Of a DNA stretch of 64,000 nt, positions 37,783 to 50,607 are shown one piece after another. The notes under the pieces are model-generated. The model had not been told where the DNA came from. It saw only the letters and a program-made list of their open reading frames with translations, and ran no database searches. Made by a program: the position numbers and the translations under genes. The number at the start of each line of letters is the position of its first letter. Position 1 is the stretch's first letter. Origin of the DNA: Terriglobia bacterium (GTDB lineage: Bacteria > Acidobacteriota > Terriglobia > 20CM-2-55-15); the NCBI GenBank assembly GCA_965198225.1, contig CBDAOY010000008.1:1165792-1229791 (forward strand), given 5' to 3'.

Positions 37783-39033
37783 TCACACTTTCACCTCGGC
37801 GTACCAGCCATGACGTTCGATGCGAGTTCCGTAAGGGGATGAAAGCGTCTCCAACTCCGTCATGATGCGGTCCCGTTCGTCGGAGTCGGCGAAGGAGGGG
37901 TTCCCGTCTTTCTGAACATCGACTGTAACTGGCAGCAAATCGAGGCGACGAACACCGCCCTCTCCGACCAGTACCCTGGCAACAGCCGTCATGCGGTGCT
38001 CGGGGGTGTTGAAGCCGGTCTCGACCAGGTCGACCATGGCCGGCGATTGTCGGAACTGGGGCAGCGATTCCCCGTCCTGGAGCGTCTGGAAGTAGAAATG
38101 ACCGAGGCTGTAGAGGATGGGCTTTCCCCTGTGCAGCTCCACGGCATTCAAGACGTGAGGACCGTGGCCGATGACCAGATCGGCCCCGGCATCGATCGCG
38201 GTCCGACAGATGATCTTCCTTCCCTTGGCGACTTCCCGCCGATCGCCTCCGCCCCAATGCATGTGGAACGAGACCATGAGGAAATCGACCTGCTCCCGGG
38301 CGCGCTCCACCGCGTCGCCGAGCGTGGCAAGATCGGATGCCCGGGGCAACAGCAAAGAACCGCCGCGGGCCCCGGGGATCGTGACCTCATGCCCCGAAAT
38401 GATGGCAACGCCGGGTTTGGAGTCCGTGGCGCGGGCTCGTTCGATGTAGCCTGTGCCGTCCACCGTCGCTGCCGCGCACCAGAAAGCCAGCGTACCCACG
38501 CGGCGTCCCTTTGCCGTCGCGATCCCGGGGGTCAGAGCACCATCCAGGTCTGTGCCACCGCCGGCAACGACGAACCCCCGCCGGCTCATCTCCTCAAGTC
38601 CCTGTAACGCAGCTTCCACTCCGAGATCCATGTAGTGGTTGTTCGCCAGGGCAAGGATATCGAAACCGGAAGCCTTGAAGTCGTCCAGTATCGACGGCCA
38701 GCCCATCACGGACGGCTTGGGCTCAATGTAGCCGACGGAGGCGATCGCCTGCTCGCAGTTGCCGAACGCCAGGTCGGCCTCCCGCACGACCCGGTACATC
38801 TGTTGCACTCGAGGCTCCGGGCGAGCGTTGGCGGCAGAACTGATAATCATGTCTCCGATGGCCGTGAGCAGAATCTCGCCGGAGGCGGGGGCCTCGAGCT
38901 GGGCGACACGTTCGGACCACAGCGCGCCGCTCTCCTGAGGTGAGACTCCTGCGAACGGGTCCGACCCTCGAGGTGAAGCGAGCGAAAACGCCGCCGCGCC
39001 ACCCATCCATTTCAACGCTTCCCGCCGACGCAT
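37783..39033 (-). CDS. capA: CapA family (poly-gamma-glutamate synthesis / metallophosphatase-like) protein
   Basis: Tat-like MRRREALKWMGGAAAFSLA, ADLAFGNCEQ, ILALANNHYMDLG, VSFHMHWG. Confidence 0.8.
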   Translation of the reverse strand: MRRREALKWMGGAAAFSLASPRGSDPFAGVSPQESGALWSERVAQLEAPASGEILLTAIGDMIISSAANARPEPRVQQMYRVVREADLAFGNCEQAIASVGYIEPKPSVMGWPSILDDFKASGFDILALANNHYMDLGVEAALQGLEEMSRRGFVVAGGGTDLDGALTPGIATAKGRRVGTLAFWCAAATVDGTGYIERARATDSKPGVAIISGHEVTIPGARGGSLLLPRASDLATLGDAVERAREQVDFLMVSFHMHWGGGDRREVAKGRKIICRTAIDAGADLVIGHGPHVLNAVELHRGKPILYSLGHFYFQTLQDGESLPQFRQSPAMVDLVETGFNTPEHRMTAVARVLVGEGGVRRLDLLPVTVDVQKDGNPSFADSDERDRIMTELETLSSPYGTRIERHGWYAEVKV

Positions 39034-39215
39034 ACACACCTCCAGAGAATTCCGGGCGACAGCCGCGCTTCGAAGGCTGAACGCCGCTTGTCGCAGGTGG
39101 TTTCGATAAGGAGCCAGCTTATTCGAGCATGTTCCAATCCGTCAATTCCTGTCGCACTCGGGTAGTAAGTTCAATTGAAACTTGAGCACCACCCGACACC
39201 CTCGGATCGGGCCTT

Positions 39216-39230
39216 TGGAACGTGCATTGC
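39216..39230 (+). promoter_or_regulatory. sigma54-type promoter candidate
   Basis: TGGAACG-TGCA-TTGC fits TGGCACG-N4-TTGC with one mismatch and correct GG/GC spacing. About 210 nt upstream of GTG 39441. Confidence 0.3.
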
Positions 39231-39440
39231 CGGAAAGATGTCGAATGCAGCGACCGAGGATGCCGGAAGACCTCCGACCTCCGGAACAACCCGGGTTAAA
39301 TGCGTTGCTTAGATAATCTTCCGTCCTGGAACAGAAAGCAGCGCGACGGCCGGGCGTGTCCGGACGTTGACGTGGCATGTCTCATTATTGACCGCCCAAC
39401 ACCGGAGTAGTCAGGGAATGCAGCCATCCTGGAGGACATC

Positions 39441-40325
39441 GTGAGTGAAACAACAGTCATCGTCGACTTGGAACACCAGGGGACGAAGGGCAAGGTCGAG
39501 CTGAACTTCCTCCAGTGGAAGGACACCGCGATAGAAATCGCGTACAGGGACCGGCTCTACGACAACGCAGGCACCATCCGGTTCGACGGCAGGACGACCG
39601 GCGCCAAGATCACCAGTGAGAAGGCCTACACCGGACCTCTGCAGGATCAGTCCGAATACAACCAGTTTTTCGGTTCGATCCTGGGCATGTTCTCCGCCTC
39701 CTACACATTCGGCTGGTCTCCGCCGCCGGACCAGGTGATCGACTACGACGAGAAATATCACGAACAGAAGGGGTATCTCGCGGGCGATCCAGAGGAGGTT
39801 GCCATCAAGGAGGTCCAGGCCCGGCTCATCCAGGAAATCGCCAACCCGAGGAAGAGTCTCGTTGCCGGATGCTCGAACGGCGAGATCGTGCGCCAGTGCC
39901 GTCGAATTGGCCTCGACGTCTACGGCTTCGACGTGATTCCCAACCTGAAGGACATCGCCTTCCCCGAGACACGGGAGTATCTCCGCGTCGGCTCACTGAC
40001 CGACATCCCTTTTGCCGACGACGACGGATTCGACACGCTGATCGCCGTCGACGTCCTCGAACACATCCCTGAGCGGGATTTGCCGCAGATGGTCCAGGAA
40101 TGGCTCCGGCTCGACGTTCGTAGACTCATTCTCCTGATCAACTTGAATGAGTTCTGGTTCCCGGGACACATCACTCTTCGCCCACTGGACTGGTGGGCCG
40201 ACCAGTGGAAGGAGCAATACCGGCTGGTCCGCACCGTCGGCCGACTCGAGAACCTTCCCCTCGTCTACAGCAACAGCGGGCTCTACAACCAGCAGTGGAC
40301 CTGGGAAAGAATGACAGGTGACTAG
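39441..40325 (+). CDS. class I SAM-dependent methyltransferase with an unassigned ~110-aa N-terminal domain
   Basis: GGAGG lies 5 nt before GTG. VAGCSNGEIVRQCRRIGLDVYGFDV...FDTLIAVDVLEHIPERDL methyltransferase motifs. Confidence 0.75.
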   Translation: MSETTVIVDLEHQGTKGKVELNFLQWKDTAIEIAYRDRLYDNAGTIRFDGRTTGAKITSEKAYTGPLQDQSEYNQFFGSILGMFSASYTFGWSPPPDQVIDYDEKYHEQKGYLAGDPEEVAIKEVQARLIQEIANPRKSLVAGCSNGEIVRQCRRIGLDVYGFDVIPNLKDIAFPETREYLRVGSLTDIPFADDDGFDTLIAVDVLEHIPERDLPQMVQEWLRLDVRRLILLINLNEFWFPGHITLRPLDWWADQWKEQYRLVRTVGRLENLPLVYSNSGLYNQQWTWERMTGD

Positions 40326-40445
40326 TCGGAGCGAAATTGTGGTGACTTCAACGACAACCGACCAGCCAGGTTTTCTATTTGCGATCTCCACCTAGCCGTC
40401 GTTCGTCGGAACTCGAAATCGGACATTGAGCTCGGAACCACGCCC

Positions 40446-40482
40446 GATCTAAAATCTCAGATCTCCAGTCTCGAATCTCCAC
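40446..40482. repeat. ATCTC-type heptamer block
   Basis: GATCTAAAATCTCAGATCTCCAGTCTCGAATCTCCAC, related to 37001..37105. Confidence 0.55.
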
Positions 40483-40575
40483 TTCTTCCCCCTCCCCCTC
40501 CTTGCCTTAACCCTCCAAAACAACTACAGTTCAGACCCAGCCGATTCGGTACGAATTTCGTTACGGAGGAAGAAG

Positions 40576-43169
<2,594 letters not shown>

Positions 43170-43186
43170 ACTGAAAGCACAGAGCG

Positions 43187-43218
43187 AAAGGGCCTGCAAT
43201 CAGGCCCCTTTCTTTTGT
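43187..43218 (+). terminator. rho-independent terminator
   Basis: GGGCCTG-CAAT-CAGGCCC followed by CTTTCTTTTGTG, 18 nt after the metalloprotease stop. Confidence 0.65.
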
Positions 43219-43257
43219 GTTGCCGAAGAGCCAGATCCACTACCCTTCTTCAGACCG

Positions 43258-43944
43258 ATGTCGAGAGAGACACTCCAGTTCACGCTCACGGAAACAGACA
43301 GCTCGAGATCGATGGATTTTGCCGTCCAGGAACTGCTTCTGGCTGGCTATTCGGGACGCAGCCAGGAAGACATCCGTGAGCACTTCAAGGAGCTGGAGGA
43401 CCTGGGTCTGACTCCGCCCGAGGAGACTCCGATCCTCTTCAAGGTGTCTCCCTACCTGGCGACAACAGGCAACCGTGTCGCGGTCCAGAACTCCGAGACC
43501 TCGGGAGAGGTCGAGTTCGTCCTGCTCCTCGAAAGCGATGCGACTTACGTCACGTGCGGCAGCGATCATACTGGCCGATCCTTCGAGCAGTACTCCATAC
43601 CGGCCTCGAAGCAGATGTACCCGAAGTTTCTCGCCGATCGCATCTGGGTCTATGAAGACGTCCGGGATCACTGGGATCGCCTGATCCTGCGGTCCTGGGC
43701 CTACACCGATGGGGAACGCGTCGCTTACCAGGACAGCTCTCTCTCCGCCATTCTCGAGCCCGAGACGCTGATCGAAACCGCCGCACGCCGAATGGGAATG
43801 GGGCGCGAAGGAACCGTCCTGATGTCGGGAACGATCCCCACCCTCACGGGAGGGATGGTCTACGCCGATCGCATGGAATTTGAACTGGAAGACCCCGTCC
43901 TGGACCGCAAAATCACCCACGCCTACGATATCGAGATTCTCTGA
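43258..43944 (+). CDS. DUF2848 domain protein
   Basis: LLLAGYSGRSQEDIREHFKELEDLGLTPPEETPILFKVSPYL...SGEVEFVLL...TCGSDHTGRSFE...SKQMYPK matches my recollection of DUF2848. ATG 43258 within ORF 43015..43944. Confidence 0.65.
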   Translation: MSRETLQFTLTETDSSRSMDFAVQELLLAGYSGRSQEDIREHFKELEDLGLTPPEETPILFKVSPYLATTGNRVAVQNSETSGEVEFVLLLESDATYVTCGSDHTGRSFEQYSIPASKQMYPKFLADRIWVYEDVRDHWDRLILRSWAYTDGERVAYQDSSLSAILEPETLIETAARRMGMGREGTVLMSGTIPTLTGGMVYADRMEFELEDPVLDRKITHAYDIEIL

Positions 43945-43970
43945 CTCTGACGCACGGCCGCGCGTTCAGG

Positions 43971-44057
43971 GATCAACCACGGAGGCACGGAGACGAGGAG
44001 GAAAGCCTCTTTCAGATCACTGTAAGACCTCCGAGCCTCTGTGCCTCCGTGGTTAAT
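43971..44057. repeat. REP-like hairpin, CCACGGAG family, copy 4
   Basis: AACCACGGAGGCACGGAGACGAGGAGG ... CCTCCGAGCCTCTGTGCCTCCGTGGTT, between convergent genes. Confidence 0.8.
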
Positions 44058-44090
44058 TCTTCTGTGTTCTTTCCGCGCTCTTGGCGGACG

Positions 44091-44113
44091 TAGTGACCTG
44101 TAACAGGCCACTA
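44091..44113. repeat. 23-nt palindrome identical to the outer arms of element A
   Basis: The minus strand reads TAGTGGCCTGT-T-ACAGGTCACTA, which equals the first and last 11 nt after the C of 13698..13972. It includes the TAG stop of the FAD oxidoreductase gene. Confidence 0.8.
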
Positions 44114-45274
44114 GATGACGTGGTGTTCGGTGATCAGCTTGCCTTTCGCGAAACGGTCTATGGAAAGGGGGGATATGTCGATTGAGGTGGCTTCACCATC
44201 GATGATGACCTCCGCGATGAGCTGCCCGGTGGCGGGAGAGTGCATGAAGCCGTGGCCGCTGAAGCCGTTGGCCAGGATGAACCCGTCTAGGCCGGCTACC
44301 CGTCCCAGGATCGGATTGTGGTCCGGGGTGGTCTCGTAGGCACCGGCCCAGGACTTCAGGATCGCCGTGTTCTCGACGGCCGGATAGCGGCGGATCGCCG
44401 TCTCCATCACGGTTTCGAAGAAGTCCCAGTCCACGCCCACGTCGAAGGTCGGGGGCGCGGTGCGGTTGCCCATCGCCATCAGGATCCCGTCGCCTTCGCG
44501 ATGAAAACACCATCCCGAACTGAACTCGATCACGAGCGTATGCCGGGAAGGTGCCCCTTCGAACGGCTTGGTTACGAACACGAAGTGTCGGATCGGTTCC
44601 ACCGGAACGTCCACGTCGACCATCCGACCGATCAGTGCCGCGTGGGGGCCGGCGGCATTCACGACTACGGGCGCCGAGACGTAGTTGTTCCTCGTGCGCA
44701 CGCCGGACACCCGTCCGGCATCCACATCTACGCCGACCACTTCCTGGTCGGTACGGATTGAAACGCCCAATCGTGATGCTCCCTTGCGAAAGCCTTCGGT
44801 GACACCGGCAGGGTCCGAGACTCCATCGATCGGACAGTAGATCGCCGCAGCAACATCGTCCAGTTTCAGGTCGACATCCGGGAAAACACGATCCACCTCT
44901 TCCGGCTCGAGGAACTCGACCGGGATGTTCAAGTCCCGCTGGAAGGCGATGTTTTGCCGGAATGGTTCGATGTAGGAGGGGCCGTCCAACAGAAAAAGAT
45001 AGCCGTCCTGATGAAAGGCGATCTCCTGGTCCATCTCGGCCGGAAACTCCTGAAGCTTCCGGACGCTCAGCAGCGACATCTGGACGTTCACGTCGGTGGA
45101 GAACTGATGACGAAACCCCCCGGAACACCGTGCGGTCGATCCGAGCCCGACCATGTCTTCCTTCTCCAGCACGACGACGTCGGAGAGTCCGCGTCGGGCA
45201 AGGTGGTAGGCAATGCTCAGCCCGACGATTCCACCCCCGATGATCACGACTTCGGCTGTCTGCTTCATCTTCAC
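44111..45274 (-). CDS. FAD-dependent oxidoreductase (sarcosine oxidase beta / D-amino-acid oxidase family)
   Basis: AEVVIIGGGIVGLSIAYHLARRG dinucleotide fold, 387 aa. GTG 45274 (overlaps upstream stop) or ATG 45268. Confidence 0.85.
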   Translation of the reverse strand: MKMKQTAEVVIIGGGIVGLSIAYHLARRGLSDVVVLEKEDMVGLGSTARCSGGFRHQFSTDVNVQMSLLSVRKLQEFPAEMDQEIAFHQDGYLFLLDGPSYIEPFRQNIAFQRDLNIPVEFLEPEEVDRVFPDVDLKLDDVAAAIYCPIDGVSDPAGVTEGFRKGASRLGVSIRTDQEVVGVDVDAGRVSGVRTRNNYVSAPVVVNAAGPHAALIGRMVDVDVPVEPIRHFVFVTKPFEGAPSRHTLVIEFSSGWCFHREGDGILMAMGNRTAPPTFDVGVDWDFFETVMETAIRRYPAVENTAILKSWAGAYETTPDHNPILGRVAGLDGFILANGFSGHGFMHSPATGQLIAEVIIDGEATSIDISPLSIDRFAKGKLITEHHVI

Positions 45275-46932
45275 TTCGGACGGTAGAGATCCAGCGATGG
45301 TGTCCCGGTAAACGGCTTGGGAGTCGTCCCCAATTGTCCGGCGTCGATGACGATCATCCAGGCCTGAGGTGATTCTATCGCCTTCCTGAGCGCGCTACGG
45401 AACTGATTACCGTCTCCGACCCGAACCGCTTCGACGCCGAAGGCCCGTGCCAGGCCCACGAAGTCGGGACTCTTCAGATCGACTCCGATTCGCCGCTCAT
45501 CGAACACCTTGTTCTGCAGGTTCCTCAAGACGCCGTAGCCGCCGTCGTCGAACACGACGATCGTGAAAGACAATCCCTCCTCCAGGATCACGGCCAACTC
45601 GCCCGGATTGACGAGGAAGCCGCCGTCGCCCGACAGCACAAGCACGGCTGCCTCCGGTCGGGCGATTGAGGCTCCGATCGCCATCGGCAATGCCTGGCCG
45701 ATGCCTATCGTGGCCGAGTGCAGGGTCTGTCGCGGTTCGGTGACCTCGATCATCCGGCTCGCCCACGTCGTCGTCGGTATCGTCACGTCCCGGACGACGA
45801 TGCCTCCTGCCGGAAGCGTCTCGCGAATCGCGTCGAGGATCGCCTGATACGGGCCCATGCTCTCCCGCATCCGCGCCCTCGAAGCCTCGCGCGCGCGGAG
45901 AACGTCACGCCGGTAGTCCGGCTTCGACGCGGCTCCCCTCTCCTCGAGACCGGCGACAAGTGCCGAAAGGATCGGACGCGAGTCCCCGATCAACGCCATC
46001 GAGTGTGGATAGTTGCGGTTAACAGCGTTCGGATCGATGTCGATCCCGATATGGTTGGCCGGGACACCGACATCCCAGTAACCGGTCTCGTTTCCCCGGA
46101 ACCGGGTGCCGACACTGATGAGGAGATCCGCCGACCCCAGCAGCTTCCGCACGTCCGGATCGTTCGCGAAGAAACCCAGGCATCGCGGGTCGGTCTCCGG
46201 CAGGGTCCCGCGCGCTCCGTGACTGGTGATGACGGCGGCATCGATCAGGTCGACGAGCTTGCGGAACTCGACTACTGCCCCGCCACGAAACACTCCGCTT
46301 CCGGCCCACATCACCGGACGCTCGGATTTGACGATCTCCGCGACCGCCCCGGAGACGTCCGGGGACTCGACGCTCGGCCGCGGCTCGCTGACGGCGATCT
46401 GGGATGAAGCGATCAGGCGAGACTGGAAATCGATCGGGATCTCGACGCTGACCGGACCGGTGGGGGCCTCGACGGCTTGTCCGATGGCCAGGCGCAGTGT
46501 AGAGGACGCCTGTTCGGGTCGTTGAACACGGTGCGCCTGCTTGCTGATGCTCTCGAGCATCGACAACTGATCCCGACACTCGTGGATGTAGCCGCGGCCG
46601 CTGTCGATGTATTCGCTCGGAACCTGTCCCGTGATGTGCAGCAACGGTGTGCCGGCCGTATCGGCTTCGATCAGGGCCCCCGCCGCGTTCCCCGCTCCGG
46701 TACCGGTGCTCGTGATCGCGACACCGAGCCTCGCTCCGGCCCGTGCGTACGCGTCGGCCATGTTCACCGCCCCGCTCTCGCCGCGTGGCTTCACGACCCG
46801 GAAACCGCCGTGGCGGGCCAGCGCGTCGTAGATCGGAATGTTGTGAATGCTGATGATGCCGAAAACGGTGTCGACGCCGGCCCTCGCAAGTTCGGCGACA
46901 ACTGCATCCCCCACCGTTATCCTGTCTTCCAT
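45271..46932 (-). CDS. thiamine-diphosphate-dependent enzyme (acetolactate synthase-like)
   Basis: MEDRITVGDAVVAELARAGVDTVFGIISIHNIPIYDAL...GDGGFL. ATG 46932. The ORF-track extension to 47115 is translation of the repeat block. Confidence 0.85.
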   Translation of the reverse strand: MEDRITVGDAVVAELARAGVDTVFGIISIHNIPIYDALARHGGFRVVKPRGESGAVNMADAYARAGARLGVAITSTGTGAGNAAGALIEADTAGTPLLHITGQVPSEYIDSGRGYIHECRDQLSMLESISKQAHRVQRPEQASSTLRLAIGQAVEAPTGPVSVEIPIDFQSRLIASSQIAVSEPRPSVESPDVSGAVAEIVKSERPVMWAGSGVFRGGAVVEFRKLVDLIDAAVITSHGARGTLPETDPRCLGFFANDPDVRKLLGSADLLISVGTRFRGNETGYWDVGVPANHIGIDIDPNAVNRNYPHSMALIGDSRPILSALVAGLEERGAASKPDYRRDVLRAREASRARMRESMGPYQAILDAIRETLPAGGIVVRDVTIPTTTWASRMIEVTEPRQTLHSATIGIGQALPMAIGASIARPEAAVLVLSGDGGFLVNPGELAVILEEGLSFTIVVFDDGGYGVLRNLQNKVFDERRIGVDLKSPDFVGLARAFGVEAVRVGDGNQFRSALRKAIESPQAWMIVIDAGQLGTTPKPFTGTPSLDLYRPK

Positions 46933-46943
46933 TCGCCTCCTGA

Positions 46944-47107
46944 AATTCGGGGACGGAGACCGAATTCGCAAAGTCGAGGAGATCGGGGACGGAGACCGAA
47001 TTATTCCGGCTATCAAACCACCCGTTTCGGGTCCCAGGAATTCGGTCTCCGTCCCCGATCTCAACCGATCTCTGTTTTCAGACGAATTCGGTCTCCGTCC
47101 CCGAATT
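46944..47107. repeat. nested inverted array of four 22-23-bp self-palindromic units
   Basis: AATTCGGGGACGGAGACCGAATT (46944..46966) and GATCGGGGACGGAGACCGAATT (46981..47002) are the exact reverse complements of 47085..47107 and 47039..47060. Confidence 0.9.
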
Positions 47108-47222
47108 CCACGCATTTTCTGCGGCGGCCTCGAGAGAACGATAACTATAAGGCAGAACCGACGGGAAACAACACCGGAGCCGCTTGCAATTCGCCGGCAG
47201 GGTTTCTACCCTGATCGGCCCG

Positions 47223-48476
47223 ATGACATCCAGAGAGACCACACGCATTGATCCCGAACGGCTGGCGGCCAGACTCGCTGCTCTGGCCGGCGTGAGCACG
47301 ACGCGCCTGGCCTTTACTCCCGAGGACCGGGAAGGCCGGGAGCGCGTCATCGATATGATGCGCGAAGCCAGACTTGACGTTCGCATCGACCCCGCGACCA
47401 ACATCATCGGGCGCCGTCCGGGCCAGACCCCCGGACCGGCGATCGCCTGTGGCTCGCACATCGACACCGTCCCGGGTGGGGGCTCCTATGACGGCGCGCT
47501 GGGATCGCTGGCGGGTATCGAATGCCTGCAGACACTCGAGGAAGCCGGAATCGGGACCCGACATCCCTTCGAAGTCATCGTCTTTGCTAACGAGGAGGGA
47601 CAATCCTTCACGGGCCTGATGGGCAGTCGCGCCATGGCCGGCTCGCTCGACACGGATGAAATCCACACTCAGGATTCGAACGGCCGCACGCTTGCCGAGG
47701 CGCTCCGCGAGTTCGGTGGAGACCCCGAGCGGGTGGCCGAAAGTGTTCGGACATCCCGGGACGTTAGCGCGTACTTGGAACTGCACGTCGAGCAGGGAGG
47801 AGTACTCGAGAGCGCCGGAACGCCCATCGGTGTGGTCGAGGGAATCGTCGGTATCCAGTACTTGGAGGTGGTCCTGAGGGGACGAGCCAACCATGCCGGT
47901 ACGACCCCCATGGAGTTGAGGCGAGACGCCCTGGTGGCCGCGTCCCGCTTTGTTCTCTCTGTGGACGAAGCCATCCGCACCGGCGATTTCTGTCGCGTCG
48001 GAACGGTCGGAACGCTCGATGTCACACCGAACGCGCGCAACGTGGTGCCGGGCGAAGTCCGCCTGAGGGTCGACCTTCGGGACCTGGACACGGGAACGAT
48101 CGATCGAGCCGTGGAGCATCTTCGGCACGGCGCGGACGACATATGCCGGCGCAGTCATGTCGACGTGCAACTGGAAGTGACGGAACGCATGGAACCGGCA
48201 GCCGCCGACCCGGAGTTGATGCGTGCGGTAGCCCAGGCCTCGGAAGGCCTGGGCCTTCCGCACCGTACGATGCCCAGTGGGGCCGGTCACGACGCACAGA
48301 TGATGGCCCGGATCGCACGGATGGGGATGATCTTCGTCCCGAGCGCGGCCGGCGTCAGTCACTCTGAGAGCGAGTTCACATCTCCTGAAGATTGCGCGAA
48401 CGGAGCCAACGTGTTGCTGCACACGATGCTGGAGCTGGACGGTGGGGATGAGCTTTACGTAGGCCGTAGGCCGTAG
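47223..48476 (+). CDS. M20-family amidase (N-carbamoyl-amino-acid hydrolase / allantoate amidohydrolase type)
   Basis: [39 protein letters not shown]...[18 protein letters not shown]. The tail ...VGRRP* is encoded by the GTAGGCC repeat. Confidence 0.85.
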   Translation: MTSRETTRIDPERLAARLAALAGVSTTRLAFTPEDREGRERVIDMMREARLDVRIDPATNIIGRRPGQTPGPAIACGSHIDTVPGGGSYDGALGSLAGIECLQTLEEAGIGTRHPFEVIVFANEEGQSFTGLMGSRAMAGSLDTDEIHTQDSNGRTLAEALREFGGDPERVAESVRTSRDVSAYLELHVEQGGVLESAGTPIGVVEGIVGIQYLEVVLRGRANHAGTTPMELRRDALVAASRFVLSVDEAIRTGDFCRVGTVGTLDVTPNARNVVPGEVRLRVDLRDLDTGTIDRAVEHLRHGADDICRRSHVDVQLEVTERMEPAAADPELMRAVAQASEGLGLPHRTMPSGAGHDAQMMARIARMGMIFVPSAAGVSHSESEFTSPEDCANGANVLLHTMLELDGGDELYVGRRP

Positions 48477-48517
48477 GCCGTTATCGCTGTATTCTGGTCA
48501 CTGGCCACTGACCACTG
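48458..48517. repeat. GTAGGCC x3 heptamers followed by a CACTG-type palindrome
   Basis: CGTAGGCCGTAGGCCGTAGGCCGTTATC, then CTGGTCACTGGCCACTGACCACTG. Confidence 0.75.
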
Positions 48518-48528
48518 AAAGGAAAACC

Positions 48529-50598
48529 ATGTTTCAACTGGGAGTCGACGTTGGCGGGACGTTCACCGATATCATTCTCGCCGACACCGAGAAGCAGCAA
48601 TTCGCCATTCATAAGGTACCGAGTACGTCGCCGGATCCCTCCGTTGGCGTGATCGATGGAATCCGCGATCTGTGCGCGCGCGAAGGCGTCGAACTGGGAG
48701 CACTCGAGCATCTCTTCCATGGAACGACGGTGGCGACGAACGCGATCCTCGAACACAAGGGCGCCCGGACCGGTATGATCACGACTCGGGGCTACCGCGA
48801 CATCATCCACATCGGTCGGCATCAGCGGCCGCAGAACTATTCGTTGATGCAGGACATTCCCTGGCAGTCGAAGCCGCTCGTCAAAAGGCGTCATCGCAAG
48901 CTCGTAACCGAGCGCCTCGCCCCACCCCGTGGGGATGTCCTGACCGCACTCGACGAAGATGAAGTCAGGGAGGCGACCCGGACCTTGAAGGCGGAAGGGG
49001 TCGACTCGATTGCCGTGTGCTTTCTCTTCTCATATCTGAACCCGGCTCATGAACTGCGCGTTCGGGAGATCATCGAAGAAGAGTTTCCGGATTCCTTCGT
49101 GACGACGTCGGCCGACGTTTCACCCCAGTTTCGTGAATTCGAGAGGTTCACAACCTGCTGCCTCAACGCATTCGTCGGCCCGCGGGTGCGCGACTTCACC
49201 CGAAACCTGTCCGACCGTCTGGGAGAAACGGGCGTCCGCGTCGAGCCCCACATCATGACTTCGAACGGCGGTGTCGCCACGGCCCGAACCATCGCGGACA
49301 AACCCGTCTACACGCTGCTGTCGGGCCCGGCCGCCGGTGTCCTCGGGGGTGAGTGGACTGCACGCCAGAGCGATCGACACAAGCTGATCACTTTCGACGT
49401 CGGCGGGACGAGCGCCGACATCGGCATCGTGACGGAGACAGGAATCGCCGAAGCTTCGGCACGCGACACGAGGATCGCCGGCTATCCCGTGATGATTCCC
49501 ATGATCGACATCCATACGATCGGGGCGGGCGGCGGCAGCATCGCATACGCCGATGAAGGCGGCGCTTTCAGAGTCGGGCCTCGCAGCGCCGGTTCCGCAC
49601 CAGGCCCCGCATGTTATGGAAAAGGCGGTGCGGAACCGACCGTGACCGACGCCAACCTCGTTCTTGGCCGCCTCGACGCGGATCACTTCCTCGGCGGCTC
49701 GATGAGGCTCGATACCGCGGCTGCGTTTTCGGTCATCGACGCGCTCGCCTCCCGACTGACGCTCGATCGCTACGATGCCGCCGAGGGCGTCAACACGATC
49801 ATGGCCGCAAACATGGCCCACGCTATCCGCTCTCGGACGGTCCAGAAGGGTCACGACCCGCGAAAGTTCGCGCTCGTGGCGTTCGGAGGTGCGGGACCGA
49901 TGATGGCGGTCGAGGTCGCCCGTCACTTGAAGATCCCCGAAGTGGTCATCCCCGTCTACCCCGGGATTACATCCGCACTGGGCCTGTTGACAACCGACCT
50001 CAAATACGATTTTCTCCAGACGGAGTTCATGCTGGCCGACTCCCTGGACTCGGTGAAACTCTCGAGGGACCTCGACACCCTCGAAGAGCGCGCCCGAACC
50101 CGCCTGCGGGCCGATGGCATACCCGAAGATCGAGAGCGCCTCGACCGCAGTCTGGACCTCCGCTACCTTGGCCAGGGTTATGAGATGCAGATTCCGATCT
50201 CGCGCGAGGCACTGGTCGAAGGATCGATGGAACAGGTCTGGAATGACTTCCACGAGAGACATCGCCTGGAGTACGGCCACAGTTTCCCATCCAACCCCAT
50301 CGAAATCGTCAACCTCCGCGTCACGGCCGCAGGTCTCATGCCCGAACTGGAGCAACCGGAGTTCAGGGACGGATCAGAAGCGGCCGAACCGGCCCGGATC
50401 AAGACCGGAGAAACCTACTTCCGGATCGACGGCGTCCTTCAGAAGGTCGAGTCCGAGTTCTACGAACGCTCACTGCTGGGGGTCGGAGCGACCATCGACG
50501 GACCGGCCGTGATCCTCCAGCACGACTCCACGACGGTACTACCGCCCGGCTCTGCGGCGCGGATCGAGAATTCGGGTAATATGATCATCGACACTTGA
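48529..50598 (+). CDS. hyuA: hydantoinase/oxoprolinase family, A subunit
   Basis: [17 protein letters not shown]..., 689 aa. Confidence 0.9.
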   Translation: MFQLGVDVGGTFTDIILADTEKQQFAIHKVPSTSPDPSVGVIDGIRDLCAREGVELGALEHLFHGTTVATNAILEHKGARTGMITTRGYRDIIHIGRHQRPQNYSLMQDIPWQSKPLVKRRHRKLVTERLAPPRGDVLTALDEDEVREATRTLKAEGVDSIAVCFLFSYLNPAHELRVREIIEEEFPDSFVTTSADVSPQFREFERFTTCCLNAFVGPRVRDFTRNLSDRLGETGVRVEPHIMTSNGGVATARTIADKPVYTLLSGPAAGVLGGEWTARQSDRHKLITFDVGGTSADIGIVTETGIAEASARDTRIAGYPVMIPMIDIHTIGAGGGSIAYADEGGAFRVGPRSAGSAPGPACYGKGGAEPTVTDANLVLGRLDADHFLGGSMRLDTAAAFSVIDALASRLTLDRYDAAEGVNTIMAANMAHAIRSRTVQKGHDPRKFALVAFGGAGPMMAVEVARHLKIPEVVIPVYPGITSALGLLTTDLKYDFLQTEFMLADSLDSVKLSRDLDTLEERARTRLRADGIPEDRERLDRSLDLRYLGQGYEMQIPISREALVEGSMEQVWNDFHERHRLEYGHSFPSNPIEIVNLRVTAAGLMPELEQPEFRDGSEAAEPARIKTGETYFRIDGVLQKVESEFYERSLLGVGATIDGPAVILQHDSTTVLPPGSAARIENSGNMIIDT

Positions 50599-50607
50599 GG
50601 AGACAGC

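Noticed and set aside
39040-39440. Riboswitch in the long leader upstream of the methyltransferase gene
   Set aside because: I could not find the signature motifs of SAM, TPP, cobalamin, c-di-GMP, fluoride or glycine riboswitches by eye. This would need a covariance-model scan.
46944-47107. Possible CRISPR array (repeated 22-23-mers), also considered for 59000..59360
   Set aside because: The units are in inverted, not direct, orientation. There are only four copies with irregular 14-36-nt gaps. No cas genes are present. The 59-kb repeats are duplicated IS ends.
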